Source: Phoronis australis (taxonomy: Eukaryota; Animalia; Phoronida). From it: DNA of 64,000 nucleotides. The notes beneath the pieces were generated by a model that did not search any database, had not been told where the DNA came from, and saw only the letters and a program-made list of their open reading frames with translations. This document shows positions 27,231 through 39,814 of the stretch, in pieces (the stretch's first letter is position 1; every line of letters starts with the position of its first letter). The DNA is taken from the NCBI GenBank assembly GCA_002633005.1, contig NMRA01000438.1:257576-321575 (forward strand), in the 5' to 3' direction. The position numbers and the translations under genes are program-made.

Positions 27231-28208
27231 ATGACTTCGTGGTCAATGATTTGTGGTGTCTTGACACTATGCCTCGTTTGGATCACCCCTCGATACTCAG
27301 CTTTCAAGTTCCCCAATTGGACAGATTGCAATGATCATCGATTGTGTTCCGTCAACAATTCATGCTCGGACACTTTTATGAATATGGACTGCGATTGCGA
27401 TTCCAAGTGTTTCGTGTATGGGAGATGCTGCATGGGTCTAGAGTACAAAAACAAAAGATGCAAAGTCAATGAGACTTTTCTGCAACTAACGGGAAAATTC
27501 GGTTGTGTGGAACTGAGCCAATCATATTACTTTTTTTATAACTCAAGCAGGGTCCTGGCTATTCCTGATAATGAAATCCTATCTCCTTTTCAATACGTCT
27601 CTATGGTAACCATGTGCCCAGAGAACTCAGACAGCGTTGTAAAATACTTATGTGAGCACGGACGAGGCGGTCCCTTAATACCAAGAGATGTACTTGCTGA
27701 AAACAGCACAGAAATTCCAGTGGAAAAAGACGGCATACACTTTGTCAACACCTTTTGTGCTCGGTGCAACAATATCGAAGACTCGGTTCCATGGACGGTG
27801 CAGTTTTCTGCTCCGTTGGGTCATAACATTTTCGACTATGATGTCAATTCGACAGAAACTCAGATACGATTGTCGCCACAGAATAAGAACTCCCTGCGTC
27901 ACTGCAACGCAAAGTTACAGACGTGTGACAAACAAAACGGAACCCTTTTGCATCTCTGCCAAACTTACCTGGACCCGGTGTGGGACGACGCAACGAGAAA
28001 GATTTACAAAAACGTTTTCTGCGCTGTTTGCAGTAATGCAACTGTCGGCACTTTGAGATGTTTCATTGATGCAGCTCCACAAACTTTGGATGATGATGAG
28101 TTCCCGCCCGGCCTCAGTTTTTCTATTATCTTTAACTTTGTAAAACCACACACAAGCGCGTCCATCCAGGAAAGATGTCAGAGCTCTGAATTCTATGACC
28201 CCTTTGAG
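27231..28208 (+). CDS. Family-B/adhesion/Methuselah-like GPCR, exon 1: signal peptide, somatomedin-B-like and Cys-rich ectodomain
   Basis: ATG and a hydrophobic leader, SMB-like CDCDSKCFVYGRCC, and repeated (F/Y)xNxFCAxC motifs. Ends EFYDPFE with donor GAG|gtaagt, phase 0 (326 codons). Confidence 0.88.
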
Positions 28209-28479
28209 GTAAGTATTGAATTTTCATTCTAGAGGAAGCATTGCACGCAAGCGCTGCTTACATTTAATACGATAAGGGCGTATGTAACACCATCTAGTTG
28301 TTTTTAGGTTTTACCTCTCGAGTAGGTACAACCAGCCATGTAGTCTTTTCAAAAGGCTCGCCTCTTTCTGCACTCAATCACAGAAGATGGCCCAATGTGC
28401 TCGAGCTCGTTTTACCAGTTTGTACATCTGATTTTGTTGCTATTTCGTATAACTTCAGTGCGTGACGTATAACCCGGAG

Positions 28480-28660
28480 CATGAAGACATTCTGTGCCCG
28501 GTTGCATGAAACAGTCCCAAATACGGAGTCAACGAAGTTCCTTAAATTCTTTGCGTAGGTGTTGCTTTCTTTACTCACACGTGTTACATTTTTCTATCGT
28601 TTTGTCGTTTTGAGCTCCTCTTGAATTAATGACATTTTTTATCAATAAAACTAAGAACGG
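28480..28660 (+). repeat. Dispersed repeat, second copy near 32270-32440
   Basis: ccggttgcatgaaa(c/t)agtcccaaa..gga.tcaac...cc.taaat.ctttgcg is shared between the two sites. Confidence 0.6.
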
Positions 28661-29419
28661 AGTCCTTCGGCAATGGTTTGCACACGTTTTAAGCTTGCCA
28701 CAGTCGTTCCAGTTTTCGTGAACAACATGAGTTTTACACTTCTCCATCATTCGAAAAATACAGACTTCAAGTTTCGTCTGACTGTCTTGACATTTACGGA
28801 ACGTCTCAACGAGAATTGCGACGTTTTAAGTTGATGGCAGAAGATGACGCTGCATCGATCATTTTTTAAAGTATTGCTGGAAGAAGCCATCGCTCCACAA
28901 TGGTTTGAGATACAAAAAACTCATGAGAAAATTGCTATTTTTCACATTGACACCATGACATTGATTTCGTTTGTTATGTTTTAACAACATGTCCCATAAG
29001 TGGACATTAAAGAACGTCTACCCGATCTTGAGTAAAAATAGTGCACCTGAGAAATTACCGCTTGGTCTTGACTCCATCCAAATGTTGCTTTTGACTCTGT
29101 GAATTTTGGCTTTGGTGGTTGTTGTGACTGGTTGTCTTCATTCTGCGTTTTGTGTAAAAAAGATATGTTTGAACGTGCACGAACATTGTAAAAATGACAT
29201 CGATTAATACCAAAAGGGTTGTTATCCATTTTGCTTGATCACTTTAGACTAAATCAATTACTAAAATACCGTACATGTATCTCCTGATTTGATAAGCGAA
29301 TGGATCTCACAAGAACTAAAAGTTTGGCATTTTTTCTGATGGCTGTTCTGTTATTGGCTGACCATTCCTTGCTTTGTTACCGATTGGATCCCCTGGTTGT
29401 AAAAACTATTGTTTTTTGA

Positions 29420-30020
29420 CAAATTTCATTGGTGTCGGCATTGTTGTTGGCTGCGACGGCGTCGCTGCTGGTGGCGTGGTCGTTGTTGCTGGCGGTGGTC
29501 ACGTTGTCATCATTACCAATAAGTTAAGGCTGTGTCATCGCAGTCAGTGTTGCATCCGTTGTCGGCGCCTAAAACGTTTTCAGCTTTCGACGTCGTGGAC
29601 TTTAATAGTGGGGCTGCGCTGATGAAAGGAGGTGGTATTGGTATTGTTGGCGGCGTCGCTTTTGGTAGTGGTGTCGTGAGAATTCTGCGTCAATTTCTTC
29701 ACCGGCGTCGTAATTGTCGTCGGTGTCTTCATTGTCGGCCCTTGTTAGTTGCTGTTGTATGATACTGGTAGGGGTGTGAGCTAGTCAGCGTTATTCTTGT
29801 TATTGCTTGCATTGGTGTCATCGTCGTTGTGGATTGCCGTTATTGGTGTCGTCGTCATCGCTATCAGTGTTGTCTTTATCACTGGCGCAGTAGGGGACGC
29901 ACAGATGTCAAGGTCGCTACGTTGTCAGGTGCATTATGAATGCCGTTTTCAATATCAGTGTCGTCGGCGGTATGGCGGTCTTCAATTTTGTTCTACGACC
30001 GATGTTGTCATTGGCGTCGA
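29420..30020. repeat. Degenerate (GTC/GTT/GGC)n low-complexity tract in the GPCR intron
   Basis: Repeated gtcgtt/ggtgtc/tgtcgtc triplets with stops in all frames; it explains the Val/Gly/Arg-rich ORFs. Confidence 0.7.
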
Positions 30021-30299
30021 TTTCAATAGATTTCGACAGTGTTGCTTCTCAGAATGCACACATTTTCTTTTCATTTGCTCAGCTAGATTTCCATGCACCT
30101 TAATCCAGTATTAGCGGCCGAGATGGCATGACGTTGGTAGGCTGGGACGGTCATTAGCTGTACACGTGTAGCTTGAAAATAGTTGTTTAAAGCACCGATA
30201 AAATATCCTTTTATCTCAATTTTTTTTCAGCATTTCTTCAAAGTACATGCGCAGCTTGCTTATTAGCGTTTTAACCACGGTCCAATTTTCTTAAAACAG

Positions 30300-31708
30300 A
30301 GCACCTGCCGACCGATGTATTGCACACAGCTATTCCGTCTACGAGACTCTAGATGCCAGGAAATCTTCAAAGCAATTCGGGGACTTTCAGTTAATGTTGA
30401 CGTCATCGTGCCAATTACCAACAGGACTCGTGAACTGGACACTTTTGGAAATACTTCGGGAGTTACAGCGTCTGTAAGTCATTTCGAGACACGAGCTGTT
30501 TTTGAAAACGATAAAGATGTTCCGCGTGTGTTTTTTCAGCTGCCATTGGTTTTTAAAAGTAAAATGTCCTTGTTTAGGATGTATCGCATTGATCTGAAAT
30601 TCAAAATTAACCGAAAAGCAAATGAATCTCCAGAGGAATTAGCTCTTAATATAAAACTGACAAACTATGATAAGCGTAACCCACTGAGTGTCTTGGAACA
30701 TTTAAGCAACTTTGACGAGGTGTTCAGTAGAATCGACACGATACTAAAGCAGTCGCCAAGCGATCGTTGGAAAGTGGTCGCGTACATGAACAGAAGCAGT
30801 TCTCGTGTTCCTTTAAATCGTCTGCTCCTAAACTGCACCCTGACTCGTATATCCAGAGAAACTATGGAAAGTCTTCAGCAACAGGTGTTGCACCGTAATG
30901 GGACGGTGTTCACCAAATGGCACCGAATCATAGGTGAACTAACAGACGAAGTTTGTGTTGACGATTATCTTGCAATCATAAGTAACGGAACGAGCGAGCT
31001 GGATAATCACGCCCCTTACGAATCAAAAGAAATGGGGTTACTGTCACTTGTCCTAACTTTACTTTCCGTAGCCAGTCTCGTTTTAACTATAGCTGCCTAC
31101 TTGGTGTCGGAGCGATTGAGGAAGTCGCTGGCTTTCCACTACACGGTACTGATTTGTGCATCTTTGCTAGCGGCACAGACGTCATTTCAGTTTGGTTGGC
31201 GTCTCCGCGAGTACAAAATGCAATGTGTCGTCTGCTCAATCTGGACGCACTACTTTTATTTAGTATACTTCACATGTACCGCCTGGTTATCCGTATCAAT
31301 GGCGCGGCGGTTGTCTAGCACAGCTTCTATGGCTGCCGTTAAGCAAACCACCTCGTCAGCAAGAATCGGTAACAGGTTGGCTTCTCTTTTGGCTGTTTTG
31401 AGTTGCCCACTTCCGGTTGTTGTAACAAGCGCAGTTCTTTACTTTTCCAACCCCTCTCCATTTAAGATTGGGTACGGCGACAAGAACTGCTGGATGTCAG
31501 AGAAAGCGGCAATAGCGTATTTCTTCGCCGTTCCCGTTGGCATATCTATTTTTGTTAACATAGTTGCAGTCTTAATCATACTATGTTGCATAAGGAAAAC
31601 CAACCACATGATGACGCAATCACAGAGATCACACAATGCCAAGTTGATCAGCATCGCCGTACGTCTGTGTTCACTGACTGGTGTCACTTGGGTTATTGGC
31701 TTCTTGGC
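30300..31708 (+). CDS. Same GPCR, exon 2: rest of ectodomain and TM1-TM6, truncated by N at 31709
   Basis: Acceptor aaacag|AGC in phase 0 (STCRPMYC...). Secretin-class motifs: LSVASLVLTIAAY, C..CSIWTHYFYL...W, YGDKNCWM, FAVPVGISIFVNI, LTGVTWVIGFLA. Confidence 0.9.
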
Positions 31709-31903
31709 NAATAGGATATTTTAGTAGAATTCCGAATTTTCAGTTTGGGATATATTCAGGTTAAAAGAATGAACCATTCAGTAATTTAAAAGTTCGTTAT
31801 GAGCTTAGAAACAACAGATCCGGGAGTATAACATTGAAACATTAACTAAATATTTGTGCGTGCAACAGTTTTCAGTTGTATGACGAGTTTCTTCGTTGTC
31901 TAG

Positions 31904-31971
31904 GTCTATTTTTGTATCTTAGTTTCTGGAATAGAAAGAGCAATAGAAATGTTTTCCCAGTGTTGCTCTGA
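31904..31971 (+). CDS. Candidate terminal exon of the GPCR (end of TM7)
   Basis: Acceptor ttcttcgttgtctag|GT. The phase-1 reading GLFLYLSFWNRK...* resembles the family-B 'QG(L/V)FIF..F' TM7 end. A phase-0 reading (VYFCILVSG...) stays open to 32152. The donor exon end is lost in the gap. Confidence 0.4.
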
Positions 31972-34670
31972 GCTCTTGGAAATAACAGTGGAATTTGAGG
32001 TAAAGACTGTATTGCAAAAAGCAGATTTTACGCTACCAAGAAGAGTCGAGGAACGCTGCAAGACTGAGGCGATTTTGTCGTTAAAACACAAACTCGATAT
32101 TAGGTCGCAATTTCCTGTAAATATCTTAATTCTCAGTGCAGATGTACTGTAACGTTTTTGCTTAATTTGAACTAGATTTTGCCTGATTTTGGTGGAGACG
32201 CTACTTGTTAGGCAGTTGGCCCATTTAATATGACCCACATTAAAACTAGCGAGGCCTAAAAATAGCCCCCCTGTGGCCGGTTGCATGAAATAGTCCCAAA
32301 CAGGGACTCAACTAGGGTCCCTAAATCTTTTTGCGCATTCGTGTCTTTATGGAAGCACAGATGCAATATTTTCCATTATTTCATCCGTATTATGAGCTGC
32401 TCTTTGATTAACGACATTTTCTAATGATATAACTAAAACCTGAGCCCAAAGCTCATTGAAAATAAATAGGTAATCAGGCCTTAAATTGGGGATGTTGTAT
32501 GAAAATTTCCCTAATTATTTTCGATAATATTGACAATTCAACGTAGAGTTCACTCTCGATTCGTATCAAAGTCAAAAGTTGACTTAGTAATGAAACTAAA
32601 ACAATACAAGAAAAGGCAATCGATGTTTTCGCAAGTCCAAAAAAACGCAGTAGATTTAGGGAACTTGGTTGATTCCCAATTTGTGACTGTTTCATGCAAC
32701 CGGTCACTGATCACTGTGCGTTGGAATTTTCATCGGAAGTTTATAGTTTTTAGAGCAGTAAAACTGCTTTTTTAGGAAAAATTCCTTAGATCAATGTTTT
32801 ACGTAACCCAGGTGAACTCGTTCAATTAAATTTGGAGTCGTTCACGAAAATTTACTCCACCAGGAGACTGCACACCAACGGTGAAATAGGACCTCTACCG
32901 TTGTTATATATCGATTGGTTCTACTTTCCCGTATTTCACAGCAAATGTCATGACCCATTGAATGCGGGTATTTCACATATATAGGATAACGAGTATCATC
33001 TTACTGATATCCGGCGGATTGTCTCCACATGACCTCATTCTGTAATATCAGGCGTAAAAAATGTCGAGCTATAATTTTTCATTTTGACAACAGAGCTTCA
33101 TTTTTTCTACTTTCTTTCCTCGGAGTGTCTCATTGCCGAACTGATTTTGAGCGTACTCAGGGGCGGATCCACGATTTTGAGTTGGTACTCACCAAATGGC
33201 TTCAATTTCCATGACACACTGTTTGGCAGTTCTAGACAAACCGATTCCTGGACAAGACAGTCACGCTATCTGGTGAGTGTGACAGCTAGAGCTTACGATG
33301 TAAATCACTACAACGCCACTGTGAATTTTTGTGAGAAGGCTGAGCCAGGCTTGGCCAAGAAATGTGAAGTACTGACCACGGAGAGTGAACAGTTGCTTTC
33401 GAACAGAAGAAGTCCTGAGCAGCCCACGTGTGCCTGGAAACACCGCGCACGTCAGCAACTGTTTGCTATCCAAAAATCTTGACTTCATGTTTCGGTGCCT
33501 GTACTTCATTGCGTGACACATAATGCTCCCTATTCAAAGACACGGTTTCGTTATGTAGTTCATGACTGCTGTACATCTTTCAACTTTCATTTTTGACTTC
33601 TGTACTAAAGCAGATGATCGTAATGTTAGGTTTCCGGTTTGCGAGAGAAGATCAGTTTCCACTGTACAAGAGGTGTACATGTACGTCTCTAGAGTTACAG
33701 GGATATTTACAGAACGAATCACTTTAATTTTGGAGTCAAGTGCTAACGCAACCTTTGTAAGTTACGTATTATAAAACATAGCCTGGTACAGTTTGTTTGA
33801 TGGAATTTGGTTAAAATTTTGGTTGTACATGTAAATTGTTGTAAAATGACTTGGTTCAAACCTTTAGTTTCTACTTATATCGTACCCCAGAACGTAATAA
33901 TGCACACGTTTGTCAAATTGTTGTGCCATGTTGTAATATATAAAGTTATGATTAACACAAGTAACTAATGATCCACCCTGAAATTATAGCACTGATTGTG
34001 TTGCTTTACATGGACTGATTGGCTCATGTAGGCCATGATCTCAATACTGTGATGTCTATGGCCATGACCTTGCTGCACGTGTCAATTGCATTCTGGCGCG
34101 TGTTCGGTGGTCGCCATTTTAGAATTCTCTATGCGACTGTTGTCTTATTTAAATGTTTGTTTTTGTTGTATTGTATAATCAAAATCTTTATGATATGCTT
34201 TTAGCCGAGCAATATGTTATAATCTCAGACAATACTTACCATTTTATTCATGACGTATAACTGGCCTTGTAAACGGAATGGCTTTGTACTCAAATACAAA
34301 GCCGTGGTCTTATATTCTGATATATTTTCACCTTTAAAGGCTCTCAAACAACCTAATTATTTGGACTGCAAGGCTATGGACTTATATTTCAGGTAATACA
34401 ACCCGGTTGGAGAGTTGCCGGTGACAAACATGTGTTCAATGTAGTGTGATTTCATTATTACGAGATAATGTGTGGTTCTGTAATAAAATACGATTCAGTG
34501 CATTTGGTCTTTTCTTTTGTTATAGAAACAGTGACGTATAAACCCCGGTCGACATATGTTTTTACCTTTAAATTGAAATTCTTGTTTCTTATCAAATGTG
34601 GTTACTTTCGAATTTCGAAGCCCTGATTGACTTTCGAGCTTTAAACCAGTCTTCGAGTAACACCAGGCGT

Positions 34671-34812
34671 GCGTTCAGTAACGCTAGGACCTACGCTAGG
34701 ACTTAGCTAAAATCTTGCCAAAGTCACGTGCTCTCATTTAAAACGGACGGCAATATCTCGAGTAATCTCGCGAAGTCTTGCTTTTTAGCGAGGTCCTAGC
34801 GTTACTCAGAAC
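34671..34812. mobile_element. MITE, CAGTAACGCTAGGACC family
   Basis: gttcagtaacgctaggacct ... tttagcgaggtcctagcgttact; same family as 41896-42014 and the partial copy near 18380-18430. Confidence 0.7.
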
Positions 34813-35259
34813 GGGAGGCAGGTTTTCAGTCATTTGGTTATAACACGTGTAGAGTTAAAAAACTCGATGCACTCTTTGTTTTAACCTTAAGTTGAACGTT
34901 CTAAGTTTAAGAGTATACGAATACATTGCATTTTTAAATTTAGATTCAGCCCGACTTTTCTCTGTTAAACGAAGCGCAATTTCTTTTGCTGAAGTTCTTC
35001 CGCTGCCTGTATTCTTGCTTGTAACTCAACCATCGTAGTCACGTGCTTATCTCATTCTAACGCTAACACACTTGCACGCTTGGTACGCTATCTTACTCAT
35101 CCGTAGATATTGGCTGAAGTTCAATACCTTCATCAGACATCTTAGCTGATCTTGCTTTTCGACGAGACATCGGGCTTTAACTGTCATTCCACCAAAATGT
35201 CGACTCTAGGGTCACCAACTTAGAACGGGAAAGACAAACATTTATAATCTTTATGTAGA

Positions 35260-35395
35260 AGTTGAAAATCTCTATCAGAAGACTGTTTTTGAATTTTCAA
35301 AGGTCTGAGTTTCCGTTAACCTTCAATGATGTGCCAAATTCGGTAAATTTTGCCCAATTTTGTGTGTTGGGTTTTTAGCCATTTTGAGGTGCTCT
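35260..35395 (+). repeat. Dispersed repeat, second copy near 58195-58330
   Basis: ctatcagaagac...tttgaattttcaaagg...gtgccaaa..ttcg.taaattttgccc...gccatttt.gaggtgctc occurs at both sites. Confidence 0.65.
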
Positions 35396-35829
35396 GGGGG
35401 CCAGTTTGAGAGGTGCTGGTGATTTGCAGTAATATTTTTCCTCACTTTGCTGTCTGATTAAGAAAATGAAAAAAAATATGGGCTTTGTTTTTAATCAGCA
35501 GACGATAGAAAAGACAAATTATCGCATATTTTACGGTTTTTGACTAAGTGGTTTATGTAGCTGTATGTCATGAACCTCATAAACGAGCTTTATTAATTTT
35601 TACAAATATGTTTTTATGGTGATCAAATCAATGGACGTCAATTTTTAGATACTTTGACTACTGATGGTCCCCTGGTGGCAGTTTCTATAACTAGATTACT
35701 TTGTTGAAATTTCATTAAATTTTGCCAAAACGTTTCCATCGAGGAAACGATGACACATGCGTGTTTGAGAACGACCTTTTAATATTAATCTTATTCTGTT
35801 ACGATATTTAGTTTTCTGTCTACTATTGT

Positions 35830-35866
35830 ACCTGAGGATGAGTTTTGATTAATATCGAAACGTCGT
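35830..35866 (+). ncRNA. Minimal hammerhead ribozyme motif (PLE type)
   Basis: ac-CTGAGGA-T-GAGTTTTGATTAATATC-GAAA-CG-TC-gt: intact core and GUC cleavage triplet, short stems I and II. Confidence 0.5.
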
Positions 35867-36254
35867 TTGCATCCTACACTCTAGCGTCGTTTTTGTTTTC
35901 CACGTCTTACTCTTAATTTACCCAAAAGGTAATAATATTTACATGCATGTTTTTGAATGAGTTTAACCAGAGCTGCAACACCAGTGACAGTTTTAGCACT
36001 TTGGAAACCGGTCTAACCTATTCACCCTCCGTCACCTGCTAACAGTTGCCTTGGTAACGTTCACCTTATTACCTGATTATCATTACATAAAAATATAAAG
36101 TCACTGTAATGTGAGTTTTGTCATTTTTAAAGGAAGCTAATCGTTTAACCGATTCCATCAAAATTGGATTTTTTATGTATTTATTATCCTTTACAAAACA
36201 ATTGCAAAAAACAAACAAACAAAGAAGTACACCATTCATTCACGCATGCACACC

Positions 36255-36405
36255 TCAGGAAGACTACCATTCTCATATCTTGTTACACCTTTTTTGGGCA
36301 TGTAGCTTTGTACAAGATTTCTGGAAGAAATTCGAAAAGCTACTTCAAAAGTGTGGCATTCAGCTTCCCAACTGTCTGTCTTACGATATTGTTATTCTTG
36401 GACTT
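36255..36405 (+). mobile_element. LINE (L1/Tx1-type) ORF2 C-terminal zinc-knuckle remnant
   Basis: HLFWACSFVQDFWKKFEKLL...LSYDIVILG matches the zf-RVT 'HLF..C..v..fW' motif. Confidence 0.65.
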
Positions 36406-39400
36406 TACAAAATTGGATTTTGTCACTTGTTGTCAGACTCCCATGAAAGATAAAATGACGTCTCTTGAAATTATTGGACGCAAATGTTTCAAAATTTTCA
36501 TTGTAGCTAAGACTTACACCTAGCAAAGTGATTTCAGTACAAATTAATACGCAAACTAAAATGATCCTAACAACCTTTTGCAACAGTGACTTAGAATTGT
36601 ACTTCGAACTTTTTCAGCGATACAGGGGAACCAAGCTCACGACAAATATGAAAGTGGACATGCATAATTGTTACCATGGCGACTGAGTACCATAAAAGTT
36701 TTAATCCTTTAACTATAAATTGACTAGCATAATAATAAATAATGAGGTTTATAATAAATAATGAGGTTTATGGCACTCTGACATAAATCCTATTATTTGG
36801 GCAAATAACATTATACAGCCCTTTATGCTGCATATCCAACTCCTAGTTAGTTCCTACCAAGTCCGATGGTAGCGCTGTTTGTTCTTTCTGTCCAGCTTCC
36901 TGTTGGCCAAGCCTCAAGCAACAGTACATTCACTCGTAAACAAAACAAACAAAAACATTTACAATCTTTCTGTTTTCAGAAAACATGTCCATTTTTAATA
37001 CAATTTACAGGAGTTTCCCTAACAGCACATGCTCATACACGGTGCATTAGATTCGTACTAATCGGGGGGNNNNNNNNNNNNNNNNNNNNNNNNNNNNNNN
37101 NNNNNNNNNNNNNNNNNNNNNNNNNNNNNTATTGAATTTGCCGTTTTGCTCGACCCAGTTGATAGGCAATCCGCCAATACCCATTTGGTATTATGTACCC
37201 ATTTGGTACTATGCTAACCTGTGCCACTTAGTATCCGATACTCAATTACACTTTGGGTATCTGAAATGTGTGTGTTATCTCTTGTACTTAAGGAACCCAT
37301 CTGTTTCCTTCTGTGAAATACATGTATTAATTTTTAGAGCTGTGACCGTGAAATTCCCAATACAATTTAAAATATACATTATTCTTGTTGTTTTATTTGT
37401 CCCCAATAATGTGAACCTATGACGTAAAAGCATAAGAGTAAGCTTGACACTTCATAATCCAAATGTAACACGTTTCTGAAAATCAAGAGAGATTTTTTGC
37501 ATTCTGTTGTTTTGAGATATCTTGAAGTAGATACTAACTAGCTACAGAACATGAATCAAAAGGGCACTTTATGCATAGAATTTAGAAGAATATGTGTCCT
37601 ATTTCGACACACAATGATACCTTGAGCAGAAGTTGACTTTCAAAAAAAAAAAAAAAACGATTTCAGAACAATTCTAACAAAATTTAGTAGGGCACAAGGT
37701 CAATTGAATGGGCTCCCTCAATTTTGAAGATTTCTTATAAATAAAAGTTAAATTTCCTTGTAATATTGCAGCAAATCGGAATAATTCAGTAAAAATCACA
37801 TGAATTATTCAAGTCAGCCTTGTGTCTATGTTCGTCAATCGCTTTAGGTATTGGCACTAGGCAGTTATCTTATCACTTGTACCTGTGTTAGCTCTGACCC
37901 ACGGTCAGCTATGAACGCTGAATGAGTGAAATGACAATATGTATATGTCAGACAGCATTGTGGTTCCTAAAATATTGATTCCCAATAGTTATCTTTTTTT
38001 GAAACCATTTTACATGTAACGAACTAAATAGGTATTCGTTTATAAATGTAGAATACGCCACATTGGGTTATTTTTAGAACAAAAAGTGAAAAATCCCATT
38101 CGAGAGATTTTTTAAATTTGTTCACGTATCCGACATTTATTCAAAAATATAATTTTCAATGTCCACAGACCCTCAAACTGGCTTGTAGAAGCACTTGAGT
38201 GATACCCACTTTCAACACTACAAAAAGGGCTTAAGGATTAACCTCTCGTCAAATGATGAATGGAGTGAAATCATTATTGTCAATTTTATTTGGTAGTCCT
38301 TATATACCACTTCCTAATCCCATTATTTGGTTTCTTTCATTGCATGCAATCTACATGTACCTGTTTTTATGTTGGAAATTTGCTGTTTTGGTATGAAAAA
38401 AACGTCATTTTCTTCCGGAAGATGACTCCTAAAGTGGTTTTACGATTTATTTTGATTTTCTCGAGAAATGGTTCTTAAACGTCAATAAACGTAGAGTTAC
38501 AACAACGCAATGCACTCACGTAGATCAAGAAGTTTTGCGGAATTTTAAACGTAGATTGAACATCACAAAAGTGGCTGAGTAGTTTTCGCAATACAACTAA
38601 CAAAGGTGGTTAAATGAGGATTTACACATATCATATTTCACTCGTTACCGATTTTTATGTTAGCATGTGAACCCGACTTATCTTACACATCCTCTTTTGC
38701 TCAGTTCCTTATTCCTTTGTGCAGGGTTACATGTACATGACGCTTCTACCCAGCCTTCTTATTGGACTATAATATCACGTGCAGTGAGTTGTTCAACTCT
38801 CAGCTCTCACAGGCCAATCATTGTCAAGAGTTGGACATACACTATGTTGAACATAACAACTATTCCTTAGATACGAGTGATACTTAAAGCGGTGTTAAAC
38901 CCATACCTTCTGATTTAGACCAGTTGATCGTTTCTTAACTGTTCCTTACTCAATTTAAAATATCTCTCGTCTCCTTCAGAACTGTTAATTTTTTATTTCG
39001 AATTAGTCAACAAGATTTGTTTCTTGACAGAAAGAACGCTTTAACTATAGTATCCGATCATCTCAAGTTTGTATCAGGCCTTCCTCAGATTGGGTTCTGA
39101 ACTATCTGTTTTCTGTCAAGAGACTCACACGTCGCAATAACGAAAGTTCAAACCGTATTTTCAAGTACATAACACGTATTTTAATCTTCATGGAATCGAA
39201 TGATTTAGATGGTTTCATGGGCGGAAATTCAATTTGGTTCTTGTTTAGGAAGTAGCTTAATTACCTGAATTGTAGTCTTCTGACAGATATTATTTATAAA
39301 TATATGTAGGCGGTCTGGTTCACGTTGTTGCGGAGGAAGCTCGGGTGGGCCCATTGCACTGATCACGTTTTATCAATTTACAAATAAAATCAAGCCGAGG

Positions 39401-39735
39401 AGCGAGACCTGGCTCAAGTTGGTGAGAAGCAGTAGTCTAAAATTTAACTATGTGTCGCAACGGCCGAAGATAGAACATTCTAGGCTTTCCGAAGTAAATG
39501 TAATTGTCGTGCACTTGGAAAGAGTCGAGGGTCGAATTACTTGCCTTTCCTTTCGAAGTGTTTGTTTCACTTCGTGGTGCAACATGCGGCGAGACTGAAA
39601 ACGGAACAAGGCCCGGAGCATCAAATAATTAAAATAGAAACCACAAATCACTAGCGATGTTTTCATTTTCATTCAAACAGCTTAGTCCTAACCATTTGCC
39701 AGTAGATGGCTCCTGAAACGCGATGTCTTGACAGA

Positions 39736-39814
39736 ATGGCTATGAGACACTGCCTATGTGTTTTGCTGTTTGCCGCTCTTTTCCTACAGGGTATTTCCAG
39801 CGAAGAGCTGACAG
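39736..39814 (+). CDS. CCP-CCP-MAM-TM receptor A (scavenger receptor class C-like), exon 1: signal peptide
   Basis: MAMRHCLCVLLFAALFLQGISSEELT, donor ACAG|gtaggg, phase 1. An in-frame upstream ATG exists at 39706. Homologous to 56906-56972. Confidence 0.75.

Noticed and set aside
28209-28232. Treating the 333-aa ORF 27231-28232 as a standalone secreted protein
   Set aside because: A consensus donor at 28209 splices in frame to 30300, and the last codons are intronic read-through.
29374-30114. Val/Gly-rich hydrophobic ORFs
   Set aside because: Degenerate trinucleotide low-complexity DNA inside the GPCR intron.
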